Shown: in pieces, positions 1 through 12,726 of the stretch
Layout of the letters: every line of letters starts with the position of its first letter
Position numbering within the stretch: position 1 is the stretch's first letter
NCBI RefSeq assembly: GCF_006345805.1
Contig: NC_043004.1
Span: 65,968,001-66,032,000, forward strand
Origin: Octopus sinensis
Lineage: Eukaryota
Length of the DNA: 64,000 nt
Direction: 5' to 3'
Translations under genes and position numbers: made by a program
The notes under the pieces: model-generated
Seen by the model: only the letters and a program-made list of their open reading frames with translations
Database searches by the model: none
What the model was told of the DNA's origin: nothing

Positions 1-279
1 GAACAAATAAAGATAGGTTTTAAAATGAAGGGGACAAACAGGGAGACTAGTGGAAAGAGAGACACAAGAAAAAGAAAAGGAAAGGAAGAGGGAAGAAGAA
101 ATTAAGATGTCCATGTGAAGGACAAGCGATTGGATGTAAAGAAAAGAGAAAGAAACAAAAGGGTATTGTCGATGAGAGACAAAGAAAATAATATGTGTAA
201 CGTGAAAGAAGGGTGCATGAGGGGAAAGAAAAAAAGCGGAAGGTGGAGATGGAGGCTGAGATTAGAAGCAAAGAGAATA

Positions 280-365
<86 letters not shown>

Positions 366-440
366 GAAGAAGAAGAAGAAGAAGAAGAAGAATATAATAA
401 TAATAATAAAAATCATGATGATGATGATAATAATGATGAG
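280..440. repeat. Compound trinucleotide microsatellite (AAT)n-(AAG)n-(ATG)n in a purine-rich tract
   Basis: Read directly from the sequence. Confidence 0.95.
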
Positions 441-671
441 TAAGATGGAGCACAGGTGGGGAAATTGAATGGCAAAAACAAGAGAAATTGCAAAAGATAT
501 GTAAAAGAGAAGCGAGAGAGGATGTAAGTAAAGAATTAATGTACAATCGTGATATTTCGTAGCCATTAAAAGTAATATAAAGAGAGAAACAGGAAAGAAG
601 AATGAATGAGTGGGGCTCGTCAACAAAAAAATATAATCACAATTTATATACATATTCACATATATGTATAT

Positions 672-718
<47 letters not shown>

Positions 719-1278
719 GTGTGTGTACGTGCGTGTGTGTACATGCGTGTGTACAAGGATGCAAAAATTAAAGGATTGGTACGGTTAATAGGAACGCTAA
801 AAGCAACAAGAACGAATAAGATGAGGGAAAAACGAAAAGAGTGAAAGTGATAATGGAAGAAAGAACGATAATAGAAGAAGGAAATGGGGGACAATAATTA
901 GAAAGATGAAAGAAGGAACAATAATTACAAAAGTAGAAGAAATAAAAGCTACACACTGAGAGACACTTTGAGATTTCCTTTTCTCCCTTATTTTTTCTTT
1001 CTTTCTTTCCTACCTTCTTTCTTTCTGTCTTTCCTTTTCCTTCTATTGGGCTTCAGTTATTTTACCTGCCACAGTATTCCAATGGTTTCCGTCGTTTCTT
1101 CTTCGAGATATCTTGCTTACAATACATTCCTATCTCTTTTTCTTGACGCTGTTGTTTGTCGTATATTTTCTTAGATGTTTTCTTTTTTTGATTTTTAAAT
1201 GGTATTTTACACTAACTCTTTACTTCGTTGTAGCTTTGCGTTTGTTGCGTTAACATCCACATGCCTTCGTATTAATTA

Positions 1279-1357
1279 CTCTTTTACCCTTTTATTTGTT
1301 TCAGTCATTTGACTGTGGCCATGCTGGAGCACAGCTTTTAGTCGAACAAGTCGACCT
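1279..1357 (-). mobile_element. SINE family A, 3' tail fragment
   Basis: gtttcagtcatttgactgtggccatgctggagcac matches the tail shared by more than 15 copies in this window. Confidence 0.8.
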
Positions 1358-1403
1358 ACTACTACTACTATATATACATACTACTACTATATATACATAC
1401 TAC

Positions 1404-1441
<38 letters not shown>

Positions 1442-1453
1442 TATATATATATA

Positions 1454-1857
1454 GGCGCAGGAGTGGCTCTGTGGTAAGTAGCTTGCTTACCAACCACATG
1501 GTTCCGGGTTCAGTCCCACTGCGTAGCATCTTGTGTAAGTATCTTCTACTATAGCCTCGGGCCGACCAATGCCTTGTGAGTGGATTTGGTAGACGGAAAC
1601 TGAAAGAAGCCTGTCGTATATATGTATATATATATATATAAGTACGTGTGTGTTTGTGTGTCTGTGTTTGTTCCCCTAGCATTGCTTGACAACCGATGCT
1701 GGTGTGCTTACGTCGCCGTCACTTAGCGGTTCAGCAAAAGAGACCGATAGAATAAGTACTGGGCTTACAAAGAATAAGTCCCGGGGTCGATTTGCTCGAC
1801 TAAAGGTGGTGCTCCCGCATGGCCGCAGTCAAATGACTGAAACAAGTAAAAGAGTAA
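1454..1857 (+). mobile_element. SINE family A, full length (tRNA-derived head, internal AT/GT microsatellite, LINE-like tail)
   Basis: Head ggcgcaggagtggctctgtggtaagtagc with A-box-like TGGCTCTGTGG and B-box-like GGTTCAGTCCC; tail ends gactgaaacaagtaaaagag. Confidence 0.9.
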
Positions 1858-1871
1858 ATATATATATTATA

Positions 1872-1903
<32 letters not shown>

Positions 1904-1911
1904 CATATATA

Positions 1912-2050
1912 TACGGCGGGCTTCTTTCACTTTCTGTCTACCAAATCCACTCACAAGGATTTGGTCGGCCTAAGATACTACGCAGTGAGATTGAGCGCAG
2001 AACCATGTGGTTTGTAAGCAAGCTACTTACCACGCAACCACTCATGCGCC
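1912..2050 (-). mobile_element. SINE family A, 5' half with internal deletion
   Basis: Reverse complement of the family A head. Confidence 0.85.
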
Positions 2051-3102
2051 GATTCACAAACTTTTTTAAAAAACCGGCACTTATATCTAAAAGCTGTGTT
2101 GTATATAAAATTAGAATCAAATTTGTCAGCTATTGTCTTATTTTCTCCTTTTTGGGGGGGTTTGCTTTTAGCTAAAACCTCGCCGTATTTTACCGATTGA
2201 TAGAAATGTACTCAAGTTCTTTGCAGGTTTTCTCAATTTTCTGCGGTAAACATTCTCCATGTTCAGATTAAAATTTGTACTACAGTGTCAACAGGGAAGC
2301 TGTTACCACAGATGGAGTTTCAGTGAGTTGATGTTTCGGGGAGATGATTTCAGTCCAGGAATTAGTATTTAGACAAGGGGAAGAGATTGATCATAAAATT
2401 GATGTGCAATTCATTCTAAATAGGGCAAATGACTCCACATCTATGAACCAAACATTGTTAGGGGAAAAGGTATTTCACAGAGTTGACGATATTCTGCACA
2501 ACCAACTTGGCGTGACGAATGTTTTAGGGAAGTTGGTGGGCACGATGTCCTCTAAAAGGGCAACAGGCTGATCGTATCACGGGATAATCAGACGTAGTTT
2601 GAGACAGATCCAGCTGGTTTCTTTGACCTGTTTCTTACCCAGGGAGGGTGTTGGGATATCATTAATTTGAGCCAGACACTTACAGACAATTCATGCGGGA
2701 GAAACACACCCACTCACCTGCTCCAGAATAAGACCAAGTTCGTTTCATCTGCCGTGAGTGTCTCAATTATTTGGGATGCAGAATGCAGTGATGGTAACGT
2801 CACATCAGCTGTTGTGTGGGGACTATGTTGAAAAGTAGACTTAATTTCGTGATATTCCATGAGAGAATATCTTCGTCAGCCTGTAGATCTTACAGGCGAT
2901 CATCGTGTATACACATACATACAACAATATACACGCATACACACTCATACACACACCAACACACACGCACATATATATGTCTATATACATATGTCAGATA
3001 TATGGGCACATAAATCTCTCTTTCCTTCTCTCTCTCTCTCTCTCTACACACACACATGTATATATGTATACAAATATATATATATACATATATATATATA
3101 TA

Positions 3103-3174
<72 letters not shown>

Positions 3175-3815
3175 ATATATATATATATTATATATATATA
3201 TATATATATAGATACATACATACATACACACAAACTCATAGACACACATATATGGACGATAAAGTACGTGACGTAAGCTACAGTACACTGAAATACTTTG
3301 ATTATGTGAGATCGTTCTTGCAATTAGAAGATAAAAAAAGAAAACAACATCTACATCCCTGAAAGTTTAATGTCCAGAGCACGTGAGGCATCACAACTAG
3401 TCTTAGAAGATCTAATTTTTGAGAAAATATAGACAAAGTTCTGAGGCCAGAATCTAGTTATTAGGACCGATTCGATCTATATATAATTGGAGGTATGTTG
3501 CTTGCTATTTTTAAAGAATCCAAAGCTGATAATAGAAGTTGCAAGGATGATATCAGGTAATAGAAATTTTCGGCTGAAAATTTTATATATAACGAATGTG
3601 CTTACGTATAATTGGCAGTCCGCACTGACCTATGATATCAAATATCCCTTGTGGCATTACATATGTGGTTTTACTAAGAACGATAACAAATAAGTTTACG
3701 TGGTTTCATGTGTGTTGTGTACTTTCAGATATGCTCATAGTTTAGTGCGTTGGTATATAGGGATACATACATACATATATATACATATATATAGAGAGAG
3801 GGGATACATTACGTG

Positions 3816-3883
<68 letters not shown>

Positions 3884-3972
3884 GTATAATCTTTCTCTCT
3901 CTCTCTCTATATATATATATATGTGTGTGTGTATGTATATATATATATATACATAAATACATAGATACATAC

Positions 3973-4052
<80 letters not shown>

Positions 4053-4115
4053 AGTGTGTAACATTTATGCAGTAGATTATACTTACACGTTATATATGCT
4101 TCTGCATATGTGGTG

Positions 4116-4158
<43 letters not shown>

Positions 4159-4303
4159 ACATTTCCTTCCATATACACATGAAAAAAAAAGGTTCGTAAT
4201 TATAAACACGTTCGCTTATATATGAGTGCATATGAATATATACGAATAACACGCAAACATTCACACATGCACAATCACAGATGTACACACACATACGTAC
4301 ATA

Positions 4304-4369
<66 letters not shown>

Positions 4370-4957
4370 TTTGATTACCTGAGATAGACAGGGATATAGC
4401 AAGATAGGATATGACAGATCAATATATATATACATATATATGTGTGCGTGTGCCTGTGGGCGTGGAGGTGTATATCCGCATATGTACTCGTGTGTGCATC
4501 TATGTGTAAGTGTGTGTGATTGTGTGTATTTATATACATGTTTATGTATATAAGTGTGTAGGTATAAAAAGGAGCGAGAGATTGAGCGAACGAAGAAAGA
4601 AAGAAACAAAGATGGTGAGAAAGAAACACACAGATGCATTGATAGCAAACATATAACAATGAACATGACTACCCGGATATGTGCGCATGCGCGGACGAAA
4701 AGGATGGAGATTATGATGATAATAATAGAAGCAGGTGTGTGTAAAGCTTCTACATAATAAAGTCTTATCAGTGTCGATTCTCAAGGGACAATAATTTCGA
4801 TTCCAACAAGCTTGAATAGATATACTATTGTACTCTGAACGAGATAGGTGAAAGAGGAATGCATACTTCAGGCGGTGAATGGAGTTATGTAGTGCGATGC
4901 CATGAGGACTCCACTTATTAGACATTCTATAATATACATACATAACATATATATATA

Positions 4958-5015
<58 letters not shown>

Positions 5016-5188
5016 TGTGTGTGTGTATGTGTGTGTGTGCGTGTGCGCGTATGTATATATATTCTTCTCTCTATCTATCTCTCTCGCTCTCTCTCTATAT
5101 ATACACACACACACACATATATATATATTCATTCATATATGGATCTATATAACGTGATATATACATACATCATACATACATACATACA

Positions 5189-5249
<61 letters not shown>

Positions 5250-5284
5250 GTATGTATACATATATTCTTTTATTCGTTTATACT

Positions 5285-5652
5285 TTCATTTGTTTCAGTC
5301 ATTTCACTACGGCCATGCTAGAGCACCGTATTTAGTCGAACAAATGGACACCAGGACTTATCCTTTGCAAGCCTAGCACTTAATCTATCGTTCCGTTTTG
5401 CCCAACCACTAAGTTACAGGAACGTAAATGCACCGATATAGGTTGTCAAGCGACACAGACACACAAACACATAATATTTATGTACATATATACGACGGGT
5501 TTCTTTCAATTTCCGTCCAACAAATCCACTCACAAGGTTTTGGTCGGCCTGAGGCTATAGGTAAATGCACTTACTGAGTGTGTCACGCTGAGGGACTGAA
5601 CACAGATCTATGTGGATGAAAAGAATGCTACTCACCACAGAGCCACTCCTAT
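5285..5652 (-). mobile_element. SINE family A, diverged full-length copy
   Basis: Colinear tail, body and head. Confidence 0.85.
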
Positions 5653-5717
5653 ATATATAATTAACAAAATGAGATAAAAATCCAAGGCTCTGAAAGATTT
5701 CAGAGTATTTATAAATA

Positions 5718-5767
5718 AGTCTTACCGCTGTTTCCGGGATATTTTATATATTCCTTCATCAGAGACT
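5718..5767 (-). ncRNA. Minimal type I hammerhead ribozyme motif (Penelope-like element type)
   Basis: Minus strand reads agtct-CTGATGA-a-ggaatat ataaa atatccc-g-GAAA-cagcgg-TA-agact: 5-bp stem I, canonical core, near-palindromic stem III, GUA triplet. Confidence 0.75.
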
Positions 5768-5946
5768 GTGTGAGAAATTGGTTAAGCAATAGTTATTCTA
5801 GAGAAGATATGAAATAGAGAGTGAAGTGGAGGAATGAAAACTGACGTGACATATGCAGGGATCTTGTATCTGCAGTTCCATTATTTAGGCAGAATGGTAT
5901 ACATATATGTTTCTTATATATATATATATATATAAATATATACATG

Positions 5947-5981
<35 letters not shown>

Positions 5982-6267
5982 GTATATATGTATTTATGTA
6001 TGCATGTGTGTATCTATTCACGTAAGTGTGCGTGTGTGTGTATGTGTATATTTCTACCACCAATTCATTCACCAGCTTCAATGAATGTACAACCACTACA
6101 GGATACCTGTAAATGTTTGTCGAGCGGCTATGTAATGAAGAATAAATGTTAACTATCGGTACGAGGTTTTTAGAAAATATACATAAAAGTAATCTCTTTT
6201 ACGAATATATATGTAGACATAAATATATGTACGTATGTAATTATATATGCACTCATATATCAGAATC

Positions 6268-6383
6268 TATCTATCTATCTATCTCAGCCCTGTGTGGCCA
6301 ATAAAGAAACTTATCTATCTATCTATCTACCTACCTACCTGCCAACCTACCTACCTACCTACCTACCTATCTATCTATCTATC

Positions 6384-6454
<71 letters not shown>

Positions 6455-6480
6455 ATATCTATCTATCTATCTATATATCT
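6268..6480. repeat. (ATCT)n/(ACCT)n tetranucleotide array
   Basis: Read directly from the sequence. Confidence 0.95.
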
Positions 6481-6680
6481 ATGACCCCTCTGTCCGGCAT
6501 TCGCCATGATAGATCGCTAGCCACTACACATTCTTTATTTTCTGTCCTTGTTTCTTTCTGTGTTCCTTTCTGTGGAAGAGCATAGGCTCGAAACGTTAAA
6601 GACGTTTTCACTTCCCGAGCGTTGAACTGATACATCTGTTTGTTGTCTACACCACCTGTCTTCGTCTTTTGTTTTTCTGT
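6480..6680 (+). mobile_element. Penelope-like pseudo-LTR fragment with a variant hammerhead motif at 6566-6601
   Basis: cttt-CTGtGGAA-gagc atag gctc-GAAA-cgTT-aaag; A6 of the core is substituted. Confidence 0.55.
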
Positions 6681-6690
6681 GTACTTTCCT

Positions 6691-6723
<33 letters not shown>

Positions 6724-7220
6724 CATATATTTCTTAAAAACAAGAACGAAAATGTGCTACTTTCTTAAAATTGGGTACATTTTTATTTTGCTTTTACATG
6801 TTTCGGTTTTTGAAAGACCTTATCAAGAATATGTACTAAAGTGGGATAAGTAAAGAGAAAAGAACTATTAAAAATATTAAATTAAAATTCAGATAAACTT
6901 TCATAGTTTACTTTCCTTTTTCCTGCAAGAAATACATGATAATATCCTTTGGTTCTGCTAGAATGGCAAGATCAACTGACTGTGACCGCAAATTACTACA
7001 ATTGTCTATTTTTGTAAATCGAATAGTGTGGTCAACACTTGTTTTCCTAGGTCTGGCTGTAGCGGTTGAATAACTAGCAGCAGTAATAATAATAGTCGTT
7101 GTGGTGAAGTTGTCCCCCCTGGGGTTTTAATAGAAATCGGTTGCTTCGACCTCTTGTCTTTATTTCTTACACACTCACTGAAGCACACACACACACACAC
7201 ATATATATGTATGTATATTT

Positions 7221-7253
<33 letters not shown>

Positions 7254-7274
7254 AGCATTTGTACCCACACACAT

Positions 7275-7425
7275 ATTTCGGCGAGCTGGCTGAAGAGTTA
7301 GCACGCCGGGTGAAATGCTTAACAATATTTCGCCTATTTTTACGTTCTGTGTTCAACTACCGCCGAGGTCGTCTTTGCCTTTCTTCCTTTCAGAGACGAT
7401 AAATTAAGTACCAGTTGCGTACTGT
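7275..7425 (+). mobile_element. SINE family B (tRNA-like head plus Deu/Nin-like central domain)
   Basis: ggcgagctggc...gccgaggtcgtctttgccttttcttcctttc...gataaattaagtaccag; same family at 10645-12150 and 63857-64000. The Deu/Nin resemblance is from memory. Confidence 0.75.
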
Positions 7426-7659
7426 CAGCGATCTGATGGATTGGCCCTCTCCCCAAAACTTCGGCCTTTATGCCTTGATTAAAAAAGAACATTTTACCGT
7501 GTTGAAACATATGGATAGTAAGAGTTCAATTAGTAGATATTTAGATCTATCTATCTGTCTATCTGTCTGTCTGCCTGTCTATCCATCTATACACACACAG
7601 ATAGATACCTCCTGAATTATAACTGTATCATACATTTTCATAATTGTGTGCTTTCTGTT

Positions 7660-7800
7660 AAGTAGCTTGCTTACGAACCACATGGTTTCACGTTCAGTCC
7701 TACTGTGTGGCACCTTGGGAAAGTGTCTTCTACCATAGCCTCAGGCCGACCAAAGCCTTCTGAGTGAATTTGGTAAACGGAAACTGAAAGAAGCACGTCG

Positions 7801-7801
<1 letters not shown>
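7660..7801 (+). mobile_element. SINE family A, 5' half
   Basis: aagtagcttgcttacgaaccacatgg...gaaactgaaagaagcacgtcg. Confidence 0.85.
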
Positions 7802-7856
<55 letters not shown>

Positions 7857-7857
7857 C

Positions 7858-8260
7858 TATACTCTTTTACTTGTTTCAGTCATTTGACTGCGGCCATGCT
7901 GGAGCACCGCCTTTAGTCGAGCAACTCGACCCCGGGACTTATTCTTTTTTTTAAGCCCAGTACATATTCTATCGGTCTCTTTTGCCGAACCTCTAAGTAA
8001 CGGGGACATAAACACACCAGCATCGGCTGTCAAGCAATGCTAGGGAGACAGACACAGACACAAAAACACACACACGCATACATATATGTACATATATACG
8101 ACGGGCTTCTTTCAGTTTCCGTCTACCAAATCCATTCACAAGGCATTGGTCGGCCCGAGGCTATAGAAGAAGACACTTGCCCAAGATGCCACGCAGTGGG
8201 ACTGAACCCGGAACCATGTGGTTGGTAAGCAAGCTACTTACCACAAAGCACTCCTGCGCC
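7858..8260 (-). mobile_element. SINE family A, full length, close to consensus
   Basis: Complete head, body and tail. Confidence 0.9.
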
Positions 8261-8346
8261 TATATAGTTGAACACAGAACATAAAAACAGGCGACATATT
8301 GTTAAGCATTTCACCCGGCGTGCTAACTCTTCAGCCAGCTCGCCGA

Positions 8347-8436
<90 letters not shown>

Positions 8437-8479
8437 CATTTCTACATCTCACAGTGAGATTTATGTAGTAGTGTTGGAT

Positions 8480-8858
8480 TAAAGTAGTTGTATACTGCTA
8501 CTTAATCTGACAGTCCCATGAAGTGAGTAATACTACTGATATCTAACCCTAGGAATCAGCACCACCTCCATCAACCAAGACACATTTCCTGTGTCCTTAT
8601 GTTTACAAGTGGGAGATAAGCACCTCCACCCAGCTAAGCCAGCAACACCACAGACTAGTTTCTGAATCATTGATCGTCTTCAGTCTGGAGTAGCGTGGCT
8701 TGCTAGTTGGAGATACCTATCTAGCCCTTGTAAGCGTAAGGAGACAGGAAGTGTGTCAAGGCTGACAGGAAATCGTGTTGCTTCCTAGGGCTAAATAGCG
8801 GTAGTATTATTCCCTTCATGGGACTGTCACATTAAGTTGACAGCACACAACTACTTTA
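8480..8858. mobile_element. 379-bp foldback (rod-like) element with a central hammerhead
   Basis: Arms 8480-8656 and 8682-8858 are reverse complements along their whole length, with scattered mismatches (about 75-80% identity by eye). Confidence 0.8.
8648..8688 (-). ncRNA. Type I hammerhead ribozyme motif at the apex of the foldback
   Basis: ccaga-CTGAAGA-cgatcaatgattca-GAAA-ctag-TC-tgtgg: canonical core, palindromic stem III ACTAGT, GUC triplet; stem II closing pair degenerate. Confidence 0.7.
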
Positions 8859-8882
8859 TATATATATATATATATATATATA

Positions 8883-9104
8883 CCGGAGTAAACACATAAA
8901 TGTGAAACAAGGTGGAAAAACAGAGTACTCAAATACCAGGGGTAGAGTAATATGCTTTATTCAAAAGCAGTAGAAAATTCAACAAAAGTTGTTACTCGGA
9001 GTTTTACGTTCCCGTTCGTCGGACAGTTTTTCCGACGAACGGGAACGTGAAACTCCGAGTAACAGGTTTTGTTGAATTTCTGCTGCTTTTAAATAAAGAA
9101 TATT
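8883..9104. mobile_element. Penelope-like terminal fragment forming a 156-bp palindrome with two inverted hammerhead-like copies
   Basis: Arms 8949-9023 and 9031-9104 with a 7-nt loop; each arm contains CcGACGA-acg ggaa cgt-(G/A)AAA-ctccgag-TA. Confidence 0.7.
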
Positions 9105-9119
9105 ATATTATACATGCAT

Positions 9120-9167
<48 letters not shown>

Positions 9168-9193
9168 ATATATATATAGATATATAATATAGA

Positions 9194-9237
<44 letters not shown>

Positions 9238-9338
9238 GTATGTAAATATATATCTATGTATATGTATATGCAAGTGTGTGTGCATGTATATGAATGCATG
9301 TATATATACACATATATATACATAGATGCATGTATATA

Positions 9339-9376
<38 letters not shown>

Positions 9377-9824
9377 CTGTATGATAAACTCATTTCCAGT
9401 CAGTAGCTCACGGATCCATATTTGATAGGTAGTATATAGAAGTAGGAAAGTTAGTAACAGGCTTGTAAACACTGTCGTAAGTGTGATTATAAGATTGATA
9501 ATATAATGTATGATGTCAACCGGATATGTTATTCTGTGTCAGATGCAGAATATTCGTTCTGTAATTAGGAAGAAATTCTGTTCCTGTCGATAGAAGAATA
9601 TCGCATGTAATTCTTCTGACTGGGATTGGCATCAAATGATAGGAAACGTTCCCAGCTAATTGCTGGTTACAGCAGTTTAGAATCCGCTTCAAATGCGACA
9701 GAAATAAACAGACACTGCATATGTATAAACATATGTCTGCTTAGTTTGTGTGTGTATATATATATATATATACATTTATATATATATAATATATATATAT
9801 ATGTATATATGCTATATATGCATT

Positions 9825-9866
<42 letters not shown>

Positions 9867-10228
9867 TATATATACATATATATGCATATTTGTATATATT
9901 TATATATATGCAAATATATATGTAATATATATATAATATATAATATATATATAATATATATATATATGTATAATATATATATATATATACATATGTATAT
10001 ATACTATATAGATTTATATATATATAATACATATGTATTATATATACATATGAATATATATATACATATAATATATATATATACATATATATATATATGG
10101 TGTGTGTGTGTGTGTTGTGGTGTGTGTGTGTCTGTGTCTGTGTGTGTCTGTGTATATATACGACAGGCTTTTTCTGTTCCGCCTGACAAATTATATAATG
10201 TACATATATATATATATTATATATATAT

Positions 10229-10274
<46 letters not shown>

Positions 10275-10644
10275 ATATATATATTATATATGATGCTGGT
10301 GTGTTTTTGTCTACGTCACGTACCGGTTCGCCAAGAGAGAACGGTAGAATGAGAACCAATGCTTACAAAGAGTAAGCCCTGGGTTTGGTTTTTTCGACTA
10401 AAACCCTTAAGGCTGTGCTCCAGCATGTCCACAATGAAATGACTGAAACAAGTAAAGGAATAAAAGAATACTATGGCTTCACTAAACTATTTTTTTTGCT
10501 TCCGTGATAGCAAATCCATGGCATCATTGTAGACTATCGCATCCTGTGGATATTTTCATAACCCAAGTAGAAGTCATAAATTAAACATGGGGAAGAATAT
10601 AAAATCCATACTGATGTTGACTGGTACATATGTTATTTTCTATT

Positions 10645-12150
10645 CTAGGCACAAGGCCCGCGATTTTTGGTGTGGAGGCAAGTCGATTAGATCAACCTCA
10701 GTACAAAACTGGTACTTAATTTATAGCCCCCGAAAGGATGAAAGGCAAAGTCAACTTCGGCGGAATTTGAACTCAGAACGTAAAGACACACGAAATACCG
10801 CTAAGCATTTCGCCCGGCGTGCTAAGAATTCCGTCAGCTTGCCGTCTTAAAGAATCTTTTCTCCGCTAGGCACAAGGCCTGGTATTCTGGAGAAAGGGTG
10901 CAAGTCGATTAGATCGTTCTCAGTGCACAACTGGTATTTAATTTATCGACCCCGAAAAGAGGAAAGGCATAGTCGACCTCGGCTGTATTTGAACTCATGA
11001 CGTAAAGACAGACGAAATACCTATTTCTTTACTATCCACAAGGAGCTAAACATAGAATGGACAAACAAGGATATACAAACGGATTAAGTCGATTATATCG
11101 ATCAAGTATGTAACTGGTACTTATTTAATCGACTCCGAAAGGACGAACGGCAAAGTCGACCTCGGCGGAATTTGAAATCAGAACGTAGTGGCAGACGAAA
11201 TACCGCTAAGCATTACGCCCGGAGTGCTAACGTTTTTGCCAGCTCGTCCGCCTAAACTGGTACATATGTTATCTATCCAATAGAGAAAACGGTTATCAAA
11301 GGAAGGAATCATAGATAGGAAAGAAAATTAAAGAAACTACAAATATAAAATCATTATAAATACAAAATCCTTTCTACTATAGGCACAAGGCCTGAAATTT
11401 AGCGAAGGTACCAGTCGATTACATTGACCCCAGTATGCAACTTCACTTATTTTATCGACTCATAAATGATGAAATGCTAACTCATCAATTCTGCGAGATC
11501 TCCTCCATATAAAAGATGGAATGCAAAATCGACCTCGGCCGAATTTGAATGTAGAACGTAAAGACCTGTGAAATGCCGCCAAGCATTTCGGCGAGTTTGC
11601 TAACGATTCTACCAACTGGGAGCCTCCATATTCAGTATTAATAAAGATCTTCGGGAAACGGTTAATCGGTTGTATTAATGTCCGTACTTGACTGTTGTCT
11701 AACCCAGAATGATGTTACCTAATGTGAACCATTTTCGTGAAGTGGACCCAGAACATGAAACGTATCGAAATATCTGATAATTCTCTAGCCTAGGAATCTA
11801 CTGCTGCGTTACGTATTTTCGTAATAATTGTATTTACTTTAAGCACAAAGCATGCAGTTTTGAGGAGAGGGGCCGTATCCGATGACTTCAATTGCCGAAA
11901 GGATGAAAGTCGAAATTGCTCACTGCGGGAGTGGAACTCAAAATCTGAAGACCAGGAAAAGATATCTTTCCAGCGTTCTAACAATTCTGCAAGCACGATG
12001 TCTTTAATCGTATGTACATTAAACACGGCGACAAAAAATTCAGTAAATTGATGAAGTTAGTGTTATCTACTGCAGTACTTGACTTAGATCTTATCGTCCC
12101 CGAGGGAATGAAAGGCAAATTTGACATGGACGGATTACGAGATCTCTCCC
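10645..12150 (-). mobile_element. Head-to-tail cluster of about 6-7 SINE family B copies of varying divergence
   Basis: Repeated ctaggcacaaggcc...ccgaaaggatgaaaggcaaagtc...gaactcagaacgtaaagac units starting near 10647, 10866, 11080, 11380, 11840 and 12060. Confidence 0.75.
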
Positions 12151-12606
12151 TGTAATAATTTCCGATTTCTACAAAACGTCAAATATTGGTGTATGTTTTA
12201 TCGATTAGACTGTCTTTCGTATTGAAATGGTTAATTGTTTATCATCAGACCAAGAAAGGCAAATGTATAGTCGCTTCCTCTGGGATAAGAACTTAGGAAC
12301 TGAGGAACTTTAACGAATACTGTATGACAGATTGTGAAGAGCAATGTACAGACGTCCGTACTCTGCGGCTTTCCAGTCAGAAATAATAATGAGAGGAAAG
12401 ATGGAGCAAGACAGAAGATGGTTCAACATTAATTACTGAAATGCAGAAATGGAGATAATACGGAAGGACAGGTCCATTGGTGATGTTAACTGAACAGCGT
12501 TTGCATGTTGTTGTCAGAGGTACTGCGCAAACAAGATTCAGTCTCACCACCACCACACAAACAAACATCTACATATCTACAGACATTAAAGCACATTCAC
12601 ATATGC

Positions 12607-12647
<41 letters not shown>

Positions 12648-12671
12648 AACACACACACACACAATATATAT

Positions 12672-12726
<55 letters not shown>

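Noticed and set aside
2280-2880. Possible Gypsy/BEL gag relic on the minus strand (FSPNNVWFIDVESFALFR)
   Set aside because: Only a vague resemblance to the PFWP..PELWF..VE..F motif, with multiple stops; needs a profile search.
7640-7670. Possible third SINE head broken at the AAGTAGC target
   Set aside because: The upstream 13 nt still align about 7/13 with the normal head, so simple decay explains it; no TSD or insert is visible.
11790-12051. Non-low-complexity ORFs on both strands
   Set aside because: They overlap a decayed SINE-B copy.
10645-12150. Repeat-spacer-like periodicity (CRISPR-like)
   Set aside because: Units are ~200-bp diverged SINE copies in eukaryotic DNA; no short identical repeats and no cas genes.
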